A stretch of 64,000 bases of DNA from Marsupella aquatica (GCA_973895155.1 OZ316898.1:19789292-19853291), one strand, 5' to 3'; positions 1-14,383 are shown, numbered from the stretch's first letter. Program-made: numbers and translations. The notes: generated by a model from the letters alone, not told the origin.

Positions 1-467
1 TTCACTTCCCTGATTATATGCAGATTTCAGATCTCATTTTTTCACTTCAAATTTGGTTCCATAACGGCCGATTTTTTGAGGACTCTTGCATATGCAAGAC
101 CACCCTTAGGGCCAACTTGCATGTGAAGTGTCTTTAAAAAAGCCGCCCTTAACTCGAGTTGTGCAAGGATGTGAATGAATGAGACCAAGAATGAGATGTT
201 TCTGGCAGTACCCCCTCATGCATCAGGCCTGACGACATAATTTGTGGGGTCCTAAGGGCAAGGACCAGAAAGTTTTCAGCCTTTGCAGGTCGTGATCTTG
301 GCCTTGTGAAAAAACAAAAACAAAAAAAACTATACACTTGTTACAAACTCTCTCGTAGTTGGGAAGTACAAACTCTCTAGCTTGTAACCGTTTCAGATTG
401 TCTGAACATAGGAGTGCGACATTTTCTCAAATGTATGAAGAGCAGAAAGGGCCGCCCTTAGTCCTTA

Positions 468-518
468 GGGGGGAGGGGGGCGGGCGGGGGAGGGGGGCGG
501 GCGGGGGAGGCGCCGGGG
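468..518 (+). repeat. G-rich tract with duplicated GGGGGAGGGGGGCGGGC unit; potential G-quadruplex
   Basis: More than four runs of 3-6 G with 1-2 nt loops, about 1.1 kb upstream of the gene 1 ATG. Confidence 0.55.
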
Positions 519-1113
519 GTTGCTCATCCTCTCTGTTTCAGAGAATGGACACTCCTTTACCTTCAGTGCCATAGAAATACAAATGGAAATGTTGCCCACC
601 TTAAATCACCACTAAGCATATAAAAGGGAGAAGTGTCCAAGAGTTTTTCCTTTTTCACATTCTTCTCCTCTACCCTTCTCCCTTGAGACTTTGCTCAACA
701 ATAATTTCAGAAAAAACAAGTAAGTGTAACCATCATGGCTAGTTCACACCTTGGAGGTAACTGAGCAACGACCACGAACCTGCCCGCCCGACCGCGCACC
801 GTCCTTCGACTGCGCGTGACTGGCGGCAGTCGGAGCCTGGTCTGACCCTCGTCAGCCTCCCCTCTGCCGTCCATCCTTGCCGTCCGCCATCGTCGCTCTC
901 GTTCGTCGATGCTCCTCCTCGTCCTCCTCCTTCTCTTTCTCCTTCTTCACCATCACCACCGGCCATTATTCTTTTCTGCCCTCGCTTTTTGTGTCCCTCG
1001 ACATCCATCGCCTTCACCTCTTCTCTTTCCTCGACTTTCATCGAGGCGTGCCGATTTCCTGGATTCGGCGGTGCTGTGTGCTCCACTCCGCTCTGATTTC
1101 CGTCTCCCTGCGC

Positions 1114-1143
1114 TCCTTCCTTCCTTCCTTCCTTCCTTCCTCC
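1114..1143 (+). repeat. (TTCC)n microsatellite in the pyrimidine-rich 5' region of gene 1
   Basis: tccttccttccttccttccttccttcc read directly. Confidence 0.85.
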
Positions 1144-1613
1144 TTTGTTTGCTTTCGTGCTATGGACGCCGGCCATCCGGTGGTCCTGTAGCTTGCAGTT
1201 CGTTTCGAGACACCTCTCTCCTCGGGTGGCTGCAGGGTCGAATGGTCGATCCAAGCAGACGGGAGGAGCGTTTGCGGGTCGTTGCTTTGGGTATCGTCGT
1301 CATGGAAGAGCAATTCATGATCGGTTTCGAGGGTAATTAAATTAGCAAGTTGGGGTGATGTGTACGAAGTTTTGCCGCAGAGACGGGGGTTATTGATAGA
1401 GTAGGGCATGCAGGTAGAGGGACTCGTAACGAGGGGAGGGACGAAGGAGAGACGGCGGAAGTGGATGTCAATTTGGGCCAGGAGTGGAGATTGGGCAGTT
1501 TGGGATCGCTGCATTTTTGGTTCTGCTTTCCAGGAGTATTCTGAGCTGAAAATGCTGTAGAAGGGGAAAGGCAGGGAGCGAGTGCTCGAGGCTGACGTAG
1601 AGGCACCGAAGAG

Positions 1614-4600
1614 ATGGCTGGGAGAGGCACAGCGCTGACTCGACCAGCATGGATGAAGCACGCAGAGGAAGCGAAAGTGAAGGATGAAGAAGAGAAGGCA
1701 GCAGCTGCTCGGGCAGCGTTCGAAGCAACGTTTAAGGACTTGGACCAAGGTGCTCCAAATGGAGATCCTTCTTCAGACAGCGAGGCGGATGAAGCAGACC
1801 GACTTGCGAGGAAGCCGATAGGGCCTGTGGAGCCGAGCAAGTGCACTGCGGCTGGAACAGGGGTTGGGGGAGGAGCAGCTGGTGCAGCCGCCTCGTTTGT
1901 TGTTGTGACGAAAGATTCTGATGGACGGAGGATTTTGCATGGAGGAGCTTACATCCGAGTTAGAATCACTCCTGGAGCAGGTGTGGGTGGGGCTGAACAG
2001 GAGGCCGTTGTCAAGGATCACTCCGATGGAACATACACTGCGACCTATGCAGTTGCAAAGAGAGGGGATTATATGGTTAGTGTAGAGTGCAATGGGCAGC
2101 CAATTCTTGGAAGTCCTTTTCCTGTATTTTTCAGCGGAGGGAATGCACCCCTTGGAGGAGGCTTGCTACCTGCTTCAGGGCCTATGATGGGATCGGGATC
2201 CTACATGAATGGTGTAGGTCAGAGCATGCCATTCTCTATGCCCGGAATGTTTCCAGGGATGATGAACATGATGTCGGGCCTAATTCCCGGTTCCACAGGT
2301 ATGGGGTTTCTCTCCAAGTAGTCGGGGTGATCTTGGGGAGCATGGTCTCAGTTCGTATTTGAAAAAAGTTCGCTTCTCTTTTGATCCGAGTTTCTGATTT
2401 TGCCGAATCTGACGACTAGGTTGGCTGCAGGAAGTAATATGGGGGGAATGGGAGGTTTAAGTCAAATGCCAATGGCACCGTCTGCTGCTGCAATGGCAGC
2501 TGCTCAAAGTATTGCCGCGGCTCAGGCATATCAGGCACAGGCAGCACAACAAGCTGCTGCTGCACAAACTGCCGGTAACTCAGACCGTGAACCTCTCTTT
2601 TAGTCTTTTTGGAGTACTGCCTAGGGCCAAATGTCGTACATGATATTAGGGTTAGTCAATTTTAATCATTTCGACACTACTTTCTTCATTAAAGCCATAA
2701 GCCCTGCAATGCGACGTTACTCTTAAGATTTACGTGAACTAACTGTGTTCAGGTAGGTTTTCTTCTCTAAGTTCTCATTGATATTCCTCGTGCAGCTTCT
2801 AAGGATGGTGATGATTCACCGAAGGAGACGGACGAGCCTTCGCGAACTCTACTTGTGACGAACTTAAGTTCTGTTCTCACGACGGAGCAACTCCGTCAAC
2901 TCTTCAGCTATTGTGGAACCGTGACCGATATAAAACTCTCTGATTCGAAGCAATCCGCCCGTGTGGAATATTCCACACACGATGAAGCCACGGCAGCACT
3001 GGCATTAAACAACATGGAAGTGGGTTCACGTCAGATCAAGGTGGAGCTTGAGAAGAATTCCAGCAAAGGATCTGGAAAGCAGGGAACTACTCGTGGATCC
3101 AGTGGTGGTGGCGCTTCGGCGACAGCTACTCCCCCACCTCTTCCAATGATGATGCAGCAAGCTGTTGCCATGCAGCAGCTGCAATTTCAACAAGCTCTGT
3201 TTATGCAACAGGCCATGGCCAACCAACAGGCTGCTGCACGTGCAGCCACTGTCAAGTCCGCTGCGGAAATGGCAGCGTCCAGGGCTCTGGAAATCAGCAA
3301 ACGTTTGATGGCTGATGGTGGAGAAGTACCGGAAGAAAAGGAAAAATCACCTTCAAGGTATTGTTTAATAATTGTGTCAGAAGCCTTTAATCTCGAGATG
3401 TGCCTTTCCGTGTACCTGCTGCACCTTATCCTACCTAATAAGGGAATCCATCATGTGTTCAGCGATCATTGTCATCGTTTGGTATTATGTTTCCTTGATT
3501 GCTCTTACTACAGAAAGACTCACACGTCATAGTTTTGTATGTGTAGGTCAAAGTCCAGAAGCAAATCACGATCACCTCAAGTGAGGCATCGTAGGGACCG
3601 GCGTTCTAGATCTTTATCACCAATTCGATACCGACGTGATCGTCGGTCACCATCAAGAGAACGTCACCGGTACCGCAGTCCCAGCAGGGATCGCGGGAGT
3701 TATCACAGAGGTGGGCGTGATGGCTATCCTCGTTACTACATTAGGAGAGATTGGGGAAGAGATAGGGAGAGGGATTACTATCCTCGAGGTTCATACAGGA
3801 GTCCAAGCAGGAGCAGAGGGCGGAGGAGGTCACGCTCTCGTTCACCCTCACCGCGATATAGGAGGGATCGGGACCTGACACCATCTCCAAGACGAAGAAG
3901 GGAGGAACGTAGCAGGAATGCCAGAAGTTCTCGCCGCTCCCGTTCGTTGTCAAAGGAAGCCAGGAGAAGCCCTCCGAGTCGAAGTCGCAGCCCTAGTTTG
4001 AAGAAGGATGTTCATAGTCCTGTGACAATGGCTGAAAGTCCCGGAATGGAGGAAGTGAAGAATGCGGAGAAGGTAGAAATAGTGCAAAGCCCAACAGGAC
4101 CGGATCACAGTCCTAAGAAGGCTGAGGCTCTTCAGGAAGTGTCAGTTTTGAAACAGAATCCTGACACAGAGAGAGATCCCCCCGTGAATGACTCTTTGCA
4201 ATCTGTTCAAAAGCCTTTGTCTAAATCGTTATTGGAGGGCCATATGGAGGTTAATGCAAGGTTTGAAGATGTTGACACTCTTACTGCTGCCCAGTCTAAG
4301 GCTCCGGAAGATACATTCCATGAAGGTGCAACGGGCATCAGTCGAAATGATACATCAGCAGCACATCAGGATTCTGATGCTATTAAAGTGAAAGAGGCGA
4401 AGAGGAGCAATCCCAGGAAAGGTGAAGGACGAAGTAAGGAGAAACCTGCCCCAATCGTTGCTGACTACGATGAAGATGAGGAGGAACTTGATGATTGGCG
4501 GAATGACGTGAAGGTGAGAGGAAGAGAGAAAACAAAAGGTAAAGAAAAATTGAAAGCTTTGGATAGGAGGTTGAAGGAGGAGTTGGATGATGAATCTAAG

Positions 4601-5830
4601 ACTCCAAAAGCGAGAGTTGTTGATCAAATTGAAGAGAGCAGACCAACTCTGGCGCACCACGAGAAGAAAGAGGAGGCCGGCAAAAGTAACCCTTATCAGG
4701 TAATTCACTACGGGACTCAAATTTAGATTGTTGATTGAATCATGCTTGTGGTTCTCTTGTGTATGTTCACTCATTACGAGGGTGCTTAGGGCACGGGGAT
4801 GGTAGATGAACTGAATTTCACAGAGGTCACCTGTACGTTCTGCGTTTCTGGCCAGTCATATGCTTCCTGGATTAATCTGATGGCTCCCCGTCGTTTAAGT
4901 TCTTGTAAACCTCAAGTTTTTGGAAGTCTGAACGATTGTCTGTTGGAATATCAGGCTGGCTCTGGTGTTACATCTGAAGGAGTACGGTTAGATGATGGTG
5001 TTAAGTTAAAGCAGAAAGAATTACTTACAGCAGGGGAAAGAGAGGGATGGAAACTTGTTTCTGGTAGGGATAGAAATTCTCGAGAGCAAGTGGTCCAAGA
5101 GGAAGTTCTGGTTGCAAAAACCGTAGCAACACAGTTTGCGAAGGGAACCGTCATCAATGTAGAAAGTGTACAAGTTCTCAAAACTGGAGCTGACTTCGAG
5201 GAGGAGGAGTTACGGAAAGTAAGCAGGAAGTCTAGAGTTTACGGGGAAACATTAGAGGATGATAATGTCGATCATGATAGGAGGCAGGAAATTCGAAAGT
5301 CAAAGAAGTCGAGAGCCCACGATGACGAGGAACAGGTAGAGGAAGAGGAAGGTGACTATGTGAAGAGGCAAGATGTTCGAAAGGCAAGGAAGTCGAGATC
5401 GCATCATGATGAGGAGCCAGTAGAAGAAGATGACAGTAGTTACGCGAAGAGACAAGAGAGGCATCGAAGACACCGAAAGAAGCATCGCCATGACGATGAG
5501 CTTGCGAGAGGTGAGGAGGAAGACGAGGACGATGAAGACGAGGAGGAAAAGGACGGAGAGGGCCGGAGAGGAAGACGACGTCATAGGAGAAAACACAGAA
5601 GAGACGAAGAATCTGAAAAGCGGGAAAAGAAGAAGCGGAAACATAGGCATCGAAAGCGAAGATCTTCCTCTGAATCCGCAGAGTCAGAGTTGGGAGCATC
5701 AGCAGACCGGGCCAGGAGCAAAGTAGTCACTGATGGTAGTCCCATCAAGAAAAAGAGTTCTAGTCGACAGAAGAGGAAAAGGAGGGAACCGTCAAGATCT
5801 GTTTCTCGGAGTCCCAGCTCCAGTGAATAG
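1614..5830 (+). CDS. Filamin/ABP280-repeat + RRM + RS-rich protein (putative splicing regulator, AT3G23900-like), ~1139 aa, 5 coding exons
   Basis: Exons 1614-2298, 2431-2574, 2796-3357, 3547-4699, 4955-5830. All introns GT-AG and phases consistent (3420 nt). N-terminal WMKHAEEAKVKDEEEKAAAARAAFEATF motif; filamin repeat (PSKCTAAG...VKDHSDGTYTATY...GSPFPV); RRM (LLVTNLS...LRQLFSYCGTV...ARVEY...ALALNNMEVGSRQIKVE); RS/RD-rich region; charged C-terminus. Probable 3'UTR intron 5833-5930. Confidence 0.88.
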
Positions 5831-8792
5831 AGGTATGTAGTTTGAGGTACTTCTCTGGATTAACAGATTTCTTACTTGAAATTTATTTCTCCCTGTGTTT
5901 TGTTATCATTTTTTCGTTTTACTACCATAGGAAGCTGCGTACACGTTGCAATTACTGATGTTTACTTGATCCAGGACGCTGAAGGGTTGAAGCGAAGAAG
6001 ACAACCTTCTTTGGGGGGCCACGACGGGCATGTTTTACTTTTATTTTTATTTTAGGCTAGAACATGGGACTCATTGTGGCAGGCTGCTTGCGGTTGGGTA
6101 TGACTGTTTTGCAGGGTTGGTGAGCTTCTTCTTGGGCTCCGTACATATCAGGCTCCATCACTCCGGCTTTTGGTCCCTTCTCTCGATCAATGCTTTAGGT
6201 AGCCGGACTGGCCAACTTACTTGGGCTTGAGTAGTTATTGTGGCAATACAGACTTCATTTTTGAATGAAAGTTCCTTGAGTTTTGAATCATTGACCGTAT
6301 TCGCTTCGTTGTCTTCTTGCCACCTTGCTGGTGTAATGTAATGTGCAAGACTTGGAATTTGTCAAGGTTTATGTATCGAACGAATTGGTATTGTATTGAC
6401 AACACAATAGTATGTGCTAGTCACAATCCATCAAGACATGTTTTTACCCGTACCAAGGTTACTATGAATTACTCGGAATGTGTTTTGTGATGCTTGCTTG
6501 CCGTCGTGCTAGAGCATACTTCTGTGCTGTGTAGAGAGCTAGGTTAATGCTGTATGGATTGTTGATTGTGAACCTACACGTGCATAGTACTGCACAACTT
6601 AACAAGAAGTGAATGCTTGTGGGCTGGTTGGGCCCTCGTCGTTTTTTGGGGTGGGTGGGTTGGGGGGGATGGACATGCGGGCATGGCCCAGGACTTGTCT
6701 AGTGGAAGAAGAGCTTCACTCAGTGCAGGTGAGAAGCCAAGAGCATGTCTCAAACCGTTGGTAAGTTTGTCTTGGATACCGGTACTCTTGGGAAGACGCT
6801 GTGCTTCAATAGAAGACGTCTCCCTTCCGTCTTGAATGTCAATTCTGAAATGTTGTTGATTTTCATGTCAGAAAATACGACCGTTATTCTTATTATGCTC
6901 ATTTAAGGCTACTTTCTCCCAAGGTTTGCATGTTGGAATTGTGGGAGATGTAATTCTGATCTTCTTGGGTTGCACATCATCGCTTGGGAGTATCGGGAGG
7001 TTTTTGTTGATGTTTCTTGCAGTGATCTTACTCCCAAGACCATGGAAGGAGGGAATTTGTCACGGGCGGCCAATGGCATGGAAAATGACTGCTTCTGATT
7101 TTCGTAGAAAAGTGTAAGTCCCTGAGATTCGATGCCAGGGTATAATACGCAGCAGAGACACTTGTCGCAGAGATTGTAGTGTTTCCATATACTATCTAGG
7201 AAGCTCCTCATGTCAGCAATTGAATGTCTCAGTATCAGGAATTAAGCCAAGGTCCAATATTGGCATTTGTTTTCGCATTTTCAATGCTTTGGGCGTCCAT
7301 GGTGGTCAAATAGTCGTCACTGGAATGAGCATGCGCAAAGTGCTTTGAAATCCTCCTTTCACAAGTGGTGTCCGTGGTATGGCTCTTATTGTGATTAAAT
7401 GCTCTGACAGCACACTGATTTGGATCGTGTGCTATCTTAATTCCTACGCTACTAAAATCCTGTTCTCTGCTTCGGAGTTTCATTAGACATGGATCCTTCG
7501 AAAGAAGGCAACTCGTGTTGGTCATGATAATGGGCCTGACAAACTTTGACATGTTGAAAGACGAGTGCTGTGACGTACATTGATGCCGTTCGCTCTTTGT
7601 TTTCGAGGATGAAAGCTTCAGTTAGAAACAGATCGAACTGGTTGGGTTTAGGTTCCTCAAACCTGTTAGCGCGTTTCTCACGATGTGAGAAACAGATACG
7701 AACAAGGTATTCAGCAACATATGTACATCCAAGTCAAGTGGCGGGTTTTTAATGCTTGTAAATGGGTAATCAACAAAAAGGCTTCAAGCTCGGATGCATC
7801 GTGTTTTTGCTAGGAAAACTAGTCACAATTGCAAACTTGGCAAGTGCCCTCTACAACATTGGTTTCAATCAGTCTTCCACGTTGATGGAGAACTGGTTCC
7901 CATTACCCTAGTGTTCGTAAGAGGATCGCATCTGTCTTCCACATGTCCTGGGCAATTACAAAGTCTTGGAGTTCCAAATCTATCCCTCAATCTTAATGCC
8001 TTCTAGGCTTGAGATCCTCGACCGAGAACTATATGCAGTGATGGCGCATGCCACATTTTATGTTCTGGCAATTAGGCTATATCACAGTTGTTCTTGGTTA
8101 TTCTACTCAGATTTTGCTGCCCTACTCATGTACTAACATGCTTCTCGGTTTGATACCAATTTTGCTTTTAGCTCAGAAATATAAAAAAAGCTTAGATGAC
8201 CTGTCAACTGGTTGACAACTAAGGAAACTCGACGAATTCCTAGGACAAGGAAAAACTAGAATTCATGAAAGCACAAATAAGCCCTCAGTTGAGACCGCTT
8301 TTGACCCTTTCATATCCTTACCAATGCATTTTCAGAAAAAATGCAGATACTGGCACTATATTATACTTGAAAAACAAAACTCTAGCTGAACAGATTGCCC
8401 TCCACATGGGTCATTTTTAAAATTCAACTGTACTGTCAAAGCTTGTTTTGGCGTTTGGATGTAGTCCATGCGAGTGAACATCATTGTACAATGCAGCGGT
8501 TCATGCTCTCAATACGATCCAGTTAAGGAGATGATTTTCACCAACCAAATATAGTGAGATATAAGCTCTAATATGATTTCTATCCCAAACATTTTACTTG
8601 TATAGTATTTCTAAGCTCACATGGGCTCTATCAAAACAGTTGCTTGAGTTTCAAGTAAAAGAGCATTTTGGGATCCCATCATAGTTCAAAGGTTTAGATG
8701 AAGGTCACATCTTAACTTATGACTTGCAAATTAATGTCCTCTGCCTGGAGATTAAGTTATGCAACAGGGTTTCAAATGAGCTGTTCCGTGGA

Positions 8793-8944
8793 GATTTTAG
8801 GTAAGGGTATCAACGTGGGTCTGGTTGCAGATAGAAAATCTGGGGTTCCCAAGAGATGTTTCTGACACGATTTTAGGTAAGGGGATCCACGTGGGTCTGG
8901 TTGCAGATAGAAAATCTGGGGTTCCCAAGAGATGTTTCTGACAC
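8793..8944. repeat. 76-bp direct tandem duplication (x2)
   Basis: gattttaggtaaggg...gagatgtttctgacac at 8793 and 8869, few mismatches. Confidence 0.9.
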
Positions 8945-9547
8945 CAACTTGGGCGGTCAATGCAATGCCATCCGCACAAAAAATCAATTTGTGCAAAATA
9001 ATGTGTTGGTACCATTCAAGGATCACAGGCGCATGCTCAGAATGATGACCCAAGTTGAAAATTAGATGATGTTGAGTCAACCCATGGGCAGGTGTTGTGA
9101 CCCATCTCAAAGTGACCACCCCCTAGGTAAAGTATGGCTTGAAAGTTGTGTTGTGGCCAGGGTTGCAGAAGCTTAAGGTTGCAACATCTGACCTAAACAT
9201 GACACAACACAACAAGCGCGTGGGCCCGTGGGTTGTGGTGATTGCTGACCCTATTGGTGGAAAATCACTATGATCGTTTCCCACGTACCAGGCTCCACTC
9301 GTGGCCACGCTGCTGCCATGGAAGCTCGGCTCACGTAAGAGGCCTATGCTGTGCATTACCCCAGGAATCTTTTCCAATGGCCTGCTTGTAGAGGTTTTGG
9401 GGACTCTTCACCCAATCTTTGACCATTTTCTTCCTGTTTGTGCAGTTGTTTTATGCTGTGAAATAGGTACTCACTAGCTTCTTTTGGCAGCAGGTGTCAG
9501 TTGCTCTAGAGAGGGCTCACGCATTCACTATCTTTCATCAAGGAGAG

Positions 9548-9641
9548 CATTGGTTTTAGAGCTTCCAGTCAAATTGCTCTTTCAAGTTCCCGAAGCATAA
9601 TTGGTTTTAGAGCTTCCATTAAAATGGTTCTTTCAAATTCC
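9548..9641. repeat. ~50-bp diverged tandem duplication
   Basis: attggttttagagcttcca...tctttcaa occurs twice. Confidence 0.7.
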
Positions 9642-11299
9642 TCTTTGTAACCCTCCTATGAGTTTAGTTCCAAGCTCTACAAGACTTTTCAGTTGGTTGA
9701 TTGGTAGGGCTCTAGACCTCGTTCTTTGGCCTGAGTTTGGAACTATTGGGCTTCTATGCTCGTCAGTGTTCCCAGTTATTTTTCATTGCTTGCCCACCCT
9801 TCAGTGGGTTTCTCGCCTTTGGGATCCTATCTCCCATGAAGGGCCCTATTCTTCCTTGCACTATCTTATGTATAGAGGCTCTATGAATTGTTTTATGTAC
9901 AAAACAGCAGGTTTGAGATTTGAGACCACTCCAAGAGTTTGAAGAAGTTCCGTGATCACCATTCCTCCGATCTTGTTGCTTTGCACCGTCTGCTCCGCTG
10001 CAGCGTCACCAGCTTCTGAAGTACAGCACTCACTACCGTACCTCCCTCGTCTTCATTTACTTTGATTTGTGCCAAAGCTAAGCCGTCGACCTGCCAACAT
10101 TGTTTTACAACTCTAATGCTTCCAACTTCCCACGACCGAAACACCACCTAAGGCCTACAGGTAGTCTGCTTTCAATTGGCTGGGGCGACGGACTCTAAGA
10201 TGCCACAAGACTTAATAGTGGAGATTTGGGCCGGGCATTGGGCTGGCTGGACTTGACTTCTAAAACCGTTTGAATCTTCGAGAGGGACAGTAGTGTTCGC
10301 ATCGCATGTCTGTCGAAGAACGGAATTACGTTTGTAGATCCTCTTTCCTCTTAATGATTGATTCGCTGGTCGACTGAGAGCATTTGTGGGCAGCGACACT
10401 CATTCTTGGTAGTTTAATACAGCGACTGGATCATCATCACGGGATCTGTGTGCGTCGAGAGAACTCGTCTGTTGATGGCTCCCATACAATCTGAACAGCC
10501 CACCACCAAATCATGCAGTTATATGAGTGGCATTGTGTTTGTGGGATGTTGCCGTTTGCGCATGGCTTCACCGATTCCAAAAGGCAACACAATAGTAATG
10601 TTCTTGCTGGACATACTTGCGCATTAACCATCGTCCCGCTTTTGCCCATGCGTGACTCATGAAATCAGGGGACACCCCTTCAGAGTTTCTCAGAGCTGGT
10701 CGCCCGGCCATTTCTGTCATTGGAGGCGGTGTTGGTGGCTATGGCTGAAATGAAATGACTGTGCTGCATGGGGAGGGCACGTTCTTTACGTGAATTGTTG
10801 ATGTTGAGTCAGACCTCTCTATCTAACCTATGGGTGGTGGAAGTTCTGGAAATCTGTACCAAGGTCCCTGTCAAGACAAGAGTGATAGATAATGAGAAGC
10901 GACATTAATGACATCGTGACGAAGGGAACGGAACTCCAACTTTGTAACTTTTTTGGTCCATCTGAATAATCTAATCTGATCTGTTACAGTGGTTGTAATG
11001 AATAAAGTTTTGTGAAGCCCGAGGTGCCCTCACACGAGCGCTTTTCTCCAGAGTACTGCGCAGTCTTCAATAAAGGAGAAGGGGGATATCGAAGACGTAT
11101 TTGACCAGAAATGGGAGCTACTGCTAAAAGAGAGCTGATTTCTGAAGGAGAGCTGATGCCAAAGAAAAGGTTCAACGTGTGTGATTGGAAGAGGGATATG
11201 TGCGACGACATAGTGCGATTAAGATGAATGTGGAGCCGAGAGGTTGAACGCGTGATGTGATTGAGAGAGTGATTATAGCATAGTAGTTCAATGCCTATG

Positions 11300-12300
11300 T
11301 TGTATAAAAGATGTAAAGGTGAGAAAATATGTTGAGGTGGAAGAAGAAAAAAATATGAAGGAGAGAAAAAGATGTCAAAGAGAAAAAAAGATGTCAAAGA
11401 GAGAAAAAAATTGAGATGAGAAAAAAATGCCAATGTAAGAAAAAGAGTTCGAGGAGAGAAAAAGATACTAAGGTGAGAAAAAGAGGTTGAGGATAGAAAA
11501 GAGGTTGAAGAGAGAAAATTGAGTTCAAAAAAAGATGTGAGTTACATGAGACAAAGGTGTACGTTGGAATGAGACAAAGATGTCGAGGTGAGAGAAAGAG
11601 TTTAAGGTGAGGGAAAGATGCTGAGAAAGAAACAATTGTCAACGCAAGGCAAAAATTATATTAATTGAGGCAAGAAATGATAGGGGAAAAGATGTTCAGG
11701 CCAAAAAATGATGTAGAAGGAGGGCAAAGACATTGAGGCAAAAAAAGATGGCAAGGCAAGACAAAGATGTCAAGGTGAAGCAAAACAATTTAGGCTTTGC
11801 GAGGTAGAAGTTGATGCATGTTATGTGTCATTGCGACCATACAGTTGTTGCAGCCATGTCAAGGCAAGGCAAAGATGTCAAGGTGAAGCAAAACAATTTA
11901 GGCTTTGCGAGGTAGAAGTTGATGCATGTTATGTGTCATTGCGACCATACAGTTGTCGCAGCCATGTCAAGGCAAGGCAAAGATGTCGAGGCAAGGCAAA
12001 CTGTTAACTAAGGCAAGTTTATATGTTGCAATGAGGCAAAGATTTTAAGGTGAGGGCAAAATGTTGAGGTAAGGCAAAGAAATGTATGTGAGCCAAAGAA
12101 ATGTAGACAATGCAAAGAAATACAAGTGAGTCAAGACAACTCAAATGTTGTTGCAACCATGCCCGCGACCATGTTGTCATTATGGTGAATGGTGTTGCAG
12201 CTATGCGTTTATTGTGGCAGAGAATGTTGTTGCCAAGTCCAATGCCAAAGCATTGCATAGAAACATTGAGGTAAGGTGAAGAATTTTTGATTGAAGGCAG
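11300..12300 (+). repeat. Purine-rich degenerate minisatellite (AAAGATGTCRAGG(C/T)AAG-like) containing a 109-bp tandem duplication at ~11752-11990
   Basis: The aaagatgtc(a/g)agg motif recurs; aaagatgtcaaggtgaagcaaaac...cagccatgtc at 11763 and 11872. Confidence 0.75.
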
Positions 12301-13224
12301 GGGATTTTAGGTGAATCAAACTAAAAATATTGGATCGGCCATATTTCTTTCTTGCTCATTTCATGTGAGAATTTTTGTCAAAGATTGTGTAGATCTTGTT
12401 TAAAATAGTGCATAAAATGATGTAATTCAAGTCAACACAAAAATATGGGATAGGGCTCAAATGGGTAGTGAGAATACATGGATAAGAGTCGGGTTGGAAA
12501 GTTTTATTGTTGATGCTATGAAAGAATGATGGAACAAAAGTGGCAACAAAAGATCAAGGCAATGGGGGCAAAGAGCTGGGCTCCCAACTGGGAAAAGAGC
12601 ACAAGCAAGACTAATAGAGATGATGGGGCACATCAAGCAAGGCGGGTCTTGTGGAGAAAGAATGTTGGGAGCTTGAATCTTATTGGCCTTGAGTTCATGA
12701 AAGGAGTATTCTTTGAAAAGTTTTTCAAAAGGAATGCTGGAGGTTTAGATGGAAATACCAAAATTTGGGACCTTTTTTGAACAAAAGCTAAAACATCTAA
12801 AACAAATAAAAAATGTAAAAGTAGTTGCCTTCACTTTTTTGTTTTTATTTCATTTTTGAAAACAATGGTGTTATTGTTATGAAACATATCTTGTTGAGGA
12901 GAGCAAGGATGTGAGAGTGTTAGAGGGAGTGCAAGAGAGGCAAAGGCCCCCTGGATGGCCCCTCAGTAAGGGCTTTTTGGGGTCAAGGTGCGGTTGCACA
13001 ATGCGACTGCGAGGGGAACACCCTGGGCCCTCACTCCATGTAAAAGAAGTGGACCCCCCTGCGATCGGGCCCATTTTGTGTCTACCTCTTGTTATTTCCA
13101 TTTTACCATTAAAAGTTCCCTTATTACCGGTAATAATTATAATTATTAGTTCAAAATGAATAAAAACTACCCTTTGAGCGTTCTCACGTCCTCCATGTAT
13201 TAGTTAAGACTGAGGGCCCAGGGG

Positions 13225-13420
13225 GGAACATTTTAATTTTTCTCTCCCCCTTTTCCTATTTCCACTCCGGACCCTTGCCACTCCATTCCTCCCCCTCTTT
13301 CTTACCTTTGGCATCATTAAGTAAACAGAAAAAATGCAAAATTAAATAAAGAGAAGAAATGAAGAAGGACTTAAAAAAAAATTTAACCCCATTTTTCTTC
13401 TTTCTAAAGTTTCATAATTA
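13225..13420 (+). repeat. Single copy of the ~250-bp AT-rich unit that is tandemly arrayed at 27380-28125
   Basis: ttttaatttttctctccccc...cccttgccactccattcctccccct...tttcataat shared with the array. Confidence 0.8.
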
Positions 13421-14383
13421 GTTTGTGGACCCCTGACTACTGCCAATTAGTTTGCGGCTTAGAAGAAATGTTGTTGAACATTTTGACATTCGATTCTCTG
13501 TAATTGGACAACCCAGAAAAGTGATCCCATCACAAATTCCACCCATCCATGCAACAACAACAACTCACTTGGATTCTAGTGCATAGCCTACATCAGGACT
13601 GATTCTATGTAACCTCCGTCTCCTCTCCTTTTCTCCACTGGCTGCCTCGATACACTAATGACACCAGATTGACCAGTGACAAGACCACGATGCTCTGATT
13701 CAATTCTACTTGATTGAGCTCCATACCACGTCTCTCTTCTCTCTCTCTCTCAATCAATTTCTCAACCAGTTTCTCGATAGGGCCACGACTCTACACTATG
13801 TATATGATTTGATCATTTCACGACTTGTTGTTTTTTTCATCCTAGAATCCCTTTCAGTTCGTCTCAAATTTGTCCAATTTCTCTTAGCATTGACTCCAGA
13901 TTGTTTCTCTCCATCGCTCAGTCTGTTTATGATTTGATCAATTTTGCTGGTTTGATAGACTAAGTAATAGCTGGTGTGTGATCCTGCCTCCGGATTCTTG
14001 GAGATTCATGGACTTCAAAATCCTATAATGTCGATCATTGTGTTGTTGCTTTCGGTTTCTCCCACGACCTACTCATAGAACGCTTCAATCTGTGGTGTGG
14101 AGTGTTCAATACTGCTCTCCATCTTTCAGCCCACAACTCTAGGGCAATTAAACAACCCAAATGCAGCGTTGGTTACGATTGTCATAATTCAACTATTTAT
14201 TACTTATCTTTTTTTTACTTAATAAGAAGAAAAGGTAACTGAAACGGTTATGTCAAATAAAGTTACATTCTGTTTTACGGCATGACGCCCTAAATTTTAC
14301 CCAGAACTTGCCACAAACATGAAAGGAGGAGTTATTTTAATTTGAAAACAAATTTATTTTTGTTTGCAGCATGACATGATGAC

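Noticed and set aside
739-1846. Overlapping 100-236-aa ORFs upstream of and antisense to gene 1
   Set aside because: Low-complexity translations of a pyrimidine-rich leader and shadow frames; no recognisable domains
6900-11000. Short ORFs as a possible gene or pseudogene
   Set aside because: No recognisable motif or consistent exon chain
13021-13223. 13-bp inverted repeat ccctgggccctca/tgagggcccaggg as MITE TIRs
   Set aside because: Short, no TSD and no second copy in the window
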